The notes below the pieces were generated by a model. It searched no databases. It was not told where the DNA came from and was given only the letters and a program-made list of their open reading frames with translations. Of a stretch of DNA of 64,000 nt, positions 61,978 to 64,000 are shown piece by piece (the stretch's first letter is position 1; the number at the start of each line of letters is the position of its first letter). The stretch is from sequence record NC_048674.1, one strand, 5' to 3'. A program made the position numbers and the translations under genes.

Positions 61978-62664
61978 ATGAATAGCAAAAAGATTTTTAA
62001 TTCCAAGTTTCAAAATCGCGGACAGTTCGCTCAACATGTATCAAATGACGAAATCAAGAACGAACCTATGTTCTTCAACTGCGATTTGGCTTTTGCCATA
62101 AATCATGGTGGTCCTATAACTAGGAGTTTCATCGCCAAATTACCGGAAGAATGGCAATATGGGGATGTTGTGTTTGACTCTCGTGTACACATGCTTATGC
62201 CCGGNTGGTATCCCGCAATCCCCGGTTATCATCATGATGATGTTCCGCGCCCGGACATCCCTGTAGGTCAACATTTCATCACCGCAGGTCAACCAGACTA
62301 TGACAACCCTCGTTATATGTCTGAACATATTCTTGGTTTGGTTAACGGTGATATCTGCCCTACTCATTTTGCAGTAGGAGAAGCCGAGTTTAGCCAAGTT
62401 CCAGATGGCGAACTCATTTACCGCCAATGGCACAAAGAAGTTTTGGAAAAGATTGACAATGGGGAACTGGTGTTGCATACTGCACCCGACCGGACATTGT
62501 TGCAGTTTGATTGGCAAACGTGGCANACCGGTTCGAAAACAGTTGGTAACGGTTGGCGCTGGTTTGGTCGGGTCTCCCGTAATACAGACAGGGTAAAGAA
62601 GATCAGTAATGAAATTCGTCGAAACGCCCAAGTTTATCTTGAGTTCCCGATGGAAGGCTGGTAA
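61978..62664 (+). CDS. Putative 2OG-Fe(II) dioxygenase-fold protein
   Basis: PGYHHDDVPR (HxD); distal W[H/Q]TG (codon caN); R.F.R in the terminal strand. Confidence 0.5.
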   Translation: MNSKKIFNSKFQNRGQFAQHVSNDEIKNEPMFFNCDLAFAINHGGPITRSFIAKLPEEWQYGDVVFDSRVHMLMPXWYPAIPGYHHDDVPRPDIPVGQHFITAGQPDYDNPRYMSEHILGLVNGDICPTHFAVGEAEFSQVPDGELIYRQWHKEVLEKIDNGELVLHTAPDRTLLQFDWQTWXTGSKTVGNGWRWFGRVSRNTDRVKKISNEIRRNAQVYLEFPMEGW

Positions 62665-62672
62665 AAATATAG

Positions 62673-62701
62673 TTGACACAGAAAACAAAACAATTTAATA
62701 T
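62673..62701 (+). promoter_or_regulatory. Early promoter
   Basis: TTGACA-17-TAATAT. Confidence 0.7.
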
Positions 62702-62725
62702 CTAATCTCAATAAACAAAAAGGAA

Positions 62726-63325
62726 ATGAAAATGAAAACTCTGAAACAAATCTGGGCATTTATCACTGCTAAAATCCTGACCTTCACCACCAAAAACGTT
62801 ACTGTTGAAGATCAGTATACTGGGGCAGCAGAACGGATTATCAACGAGATCACCCGTCTCCGTACTGCACACGTCAAGTCTATCAAAGAAGAAAAACGGC
62901 TCCGTAGTCTGGCAGAAGAGAAAACCAATCTCGCAGTTAAGAAAGAAAACGAGATTCGTGGTCTTCTCAAGAAAGGGGTGAATGTAGAAAGTCACGGTAA
63001 ACTGGGTATTNTGTATCGTCGGACTTCCGANGCNCTTACCAAGAANGCAGANGAGTTTGTTGGGATGCGGTCTGAGATNGAGGTTGCTACCGTNCGCCTT
63101 AATGACCAACTCAATGACCTTCAAGTAAAACTGGAATTNATTCGTGAAACTAAGGCTGCNAACGAGCTGGGTGTTGCTTCGGCNGAAGANGTGGTAGAAG
63201 CCGCNGCACTGGTTGATATCGATGTNAGTGAAGTTCTTACCCGAGTTAACACCTTTACCGGTGATAAGGTTACCCAAGTAAGTGATATTGAAGTACAAGA
63301 TTACATTGACTCCCTGAGCAAGTAA
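62726..63325 (+). CDS. e.6: T4 e.6-like coiled-coil protein (PspA/IM30-like)
   Basis: VEDQYT.AA, VKSIKEEKRLR, HGKLG..YRRT, VKLE.IRET, DVQ.YI.SL match recalled T4 e.6. Confidence 0.82.
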   Translation: MKMKTLKQIWAFITAKILTFTTKNVTVEDQYTGAAERIINEITRLRTAHVKSIKEEKRLRSLAEEKTNLAVKKENEIRGLLKKGVNVESHGKLGIXYRRTSXXLTKXAXEFVGMRSEXEVATXRLNDQLNDLQVKLEXIRETKAXNELGVASXEXVVEAXALVDIDXSEVLTRVNTFTGDKVTQVSDIEVQDYIDSLSK

Positions 63326-63335
63326 TAGTAAGATA

Positions 63336-63365
63336 AGGGGGTTGTCAAAAGACAATCCCCTTTTA
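63336..63365 (+). terminator. Intrinsic terminator
   Basis: AAGGGGGTTGTC-AAAA-GACAATCCCCTTTT. Confidence 0.8.
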
Positions 63366-63381
63366 AGTTTAAGGAAACATC

Positions 63382-64000
63382 ATGAAAATGTATGATATTA
63401 GTCTAAGCGAAATCGAACAGGAGCTTTCATCAATGTATAATGGTGTCGTACATACAGGAACAAAACCAAAAAACAATTCATATATCGGNATGAATGGAGA
63501 AGAAGAAGTAAAAGATACCAACAAAGTTTTTAGAAATANGAATGCGGAATATCTCCANAAAAAGGGNTTGACGGAAGTCGCCACAATCCTTGAAAAAACN
63601 GTAAAATCTCATACCCCATCTCACCATTATCACAGTGAATATCGCCAATATAAAAATACACGTACTCCGTTGGTAGCATATATTGAATATGAAGAAGAAG
63701 TAAAAAAGTTTGTTAATCTCCTTCAAAAATCCGGAAATTTAAAGCTTTTGGGAATTGTTAGGTTGTCTTGGGATGCACTTGGGATGAATGATTCCACTAA
63801 CGACTTTACAAATAACGACTTGTCTTCTGTACACTATGGTGACAGTAAGATGATGGTAAAAGTAAAATATAATGATTTGATTTTTTGGATCCGAACTNAA
63901 NATATTGAAACNGTCAANNGNTGTTATGATNNTTATAAAGGNGATACCACNCCAACGTCAGAGAAAAAATCGATTATGTCTGATGAAATCTCGTCATTCA
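63382..64000 (+). CDS. Hypothetical protein, truncated by window end
   Basis: Frame stays open from ATG 63382 (AAGGA SD) to the window edge on manual translation. Confidence 0.5.
   Translation, partial: MKMYDISLSEIEQELSSMYNGVVHTGTKPKNNSYIXMNGEEEVKDTNKVFRNXNAEYLXKKXLTEVATILEKXVKSHTPSHHYHSEYRQYKNTRTPLVAYIEYEEEVKKFVNLLQKSGNLKLLGIVRLSWDALGMNDSTNDFTNNDLSSVHYGDSKMMVKVKYNDLIFWIRTXXIEXVXXCYDXYKXDTXPTSEKKSIMSDEISSF

Noticed and set aside
1-64000. tRNA or rRNA genes
   Set aside because: GTTCGA-like strings occur only inside CDSs, and no cloverleaf was seen in intergenic gaps.
1-64000. Minus-strand ORFs in the track (e.g. 1146-1772, 6445-7245, 23993-24820, 34403-35212, 41665-42507)
   Set aside because: They are antisense shadows of well-supported + strand genes, with no motifs or SD/promoter support.

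Overview
A 64-kb segment of a T4-like (Straboviridae-type) myophage genome. Essentially all real genes are on the + strand. The left ~15 kb is the conserved replication block: gp43 polymerase 3' end, uvsX, gp40, gp41, 61.1, gp61, dUTPase, dexA, fused gp39/60 topoisomerase, rIIA, rIIB. The rest is a long early/accessory region with dozens of small ORFs behind sigma70-like promoters. It carries alc, vs.1-like SLT, TraR/DksA, pseT, cd, 31.1, 31, 30.9, a CCA-adding enzyme, an HD hydrolase, an nrdC.11-like NTase, 30.3/NADAR, Prs-like and Nampt-like genes (probable NARP1), UVDE, frd, td, denA, rnlA and e.6. The most striking observations are: (i) rIIB with an N-terminal acyl-carrier-protein-like domain whose phosphopantetheine Ser is replaced by Asp; (ii) a translationally coupled NADAR / minimal R-S-E ADP-ribosyltransferase-like ORF / Adps run upstream of Namat; (iii) a free-standing, apparently inactive Hint-fold gene between gp40 and gp41; (iv) an unsplit topoisomerase that contains both extensions seen at the T4 gp39/gp60 split. 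From ~54.5 kb onward the sequence contains N gaps, permuted near-duplicate segments and wobble-position Ns that look like a multi-strain consensus or scaffolding artefact. No tRNA, rRNA or CRISPR array was seen. All homology calls are by motif recognition and recalled sequences; no searches were run.
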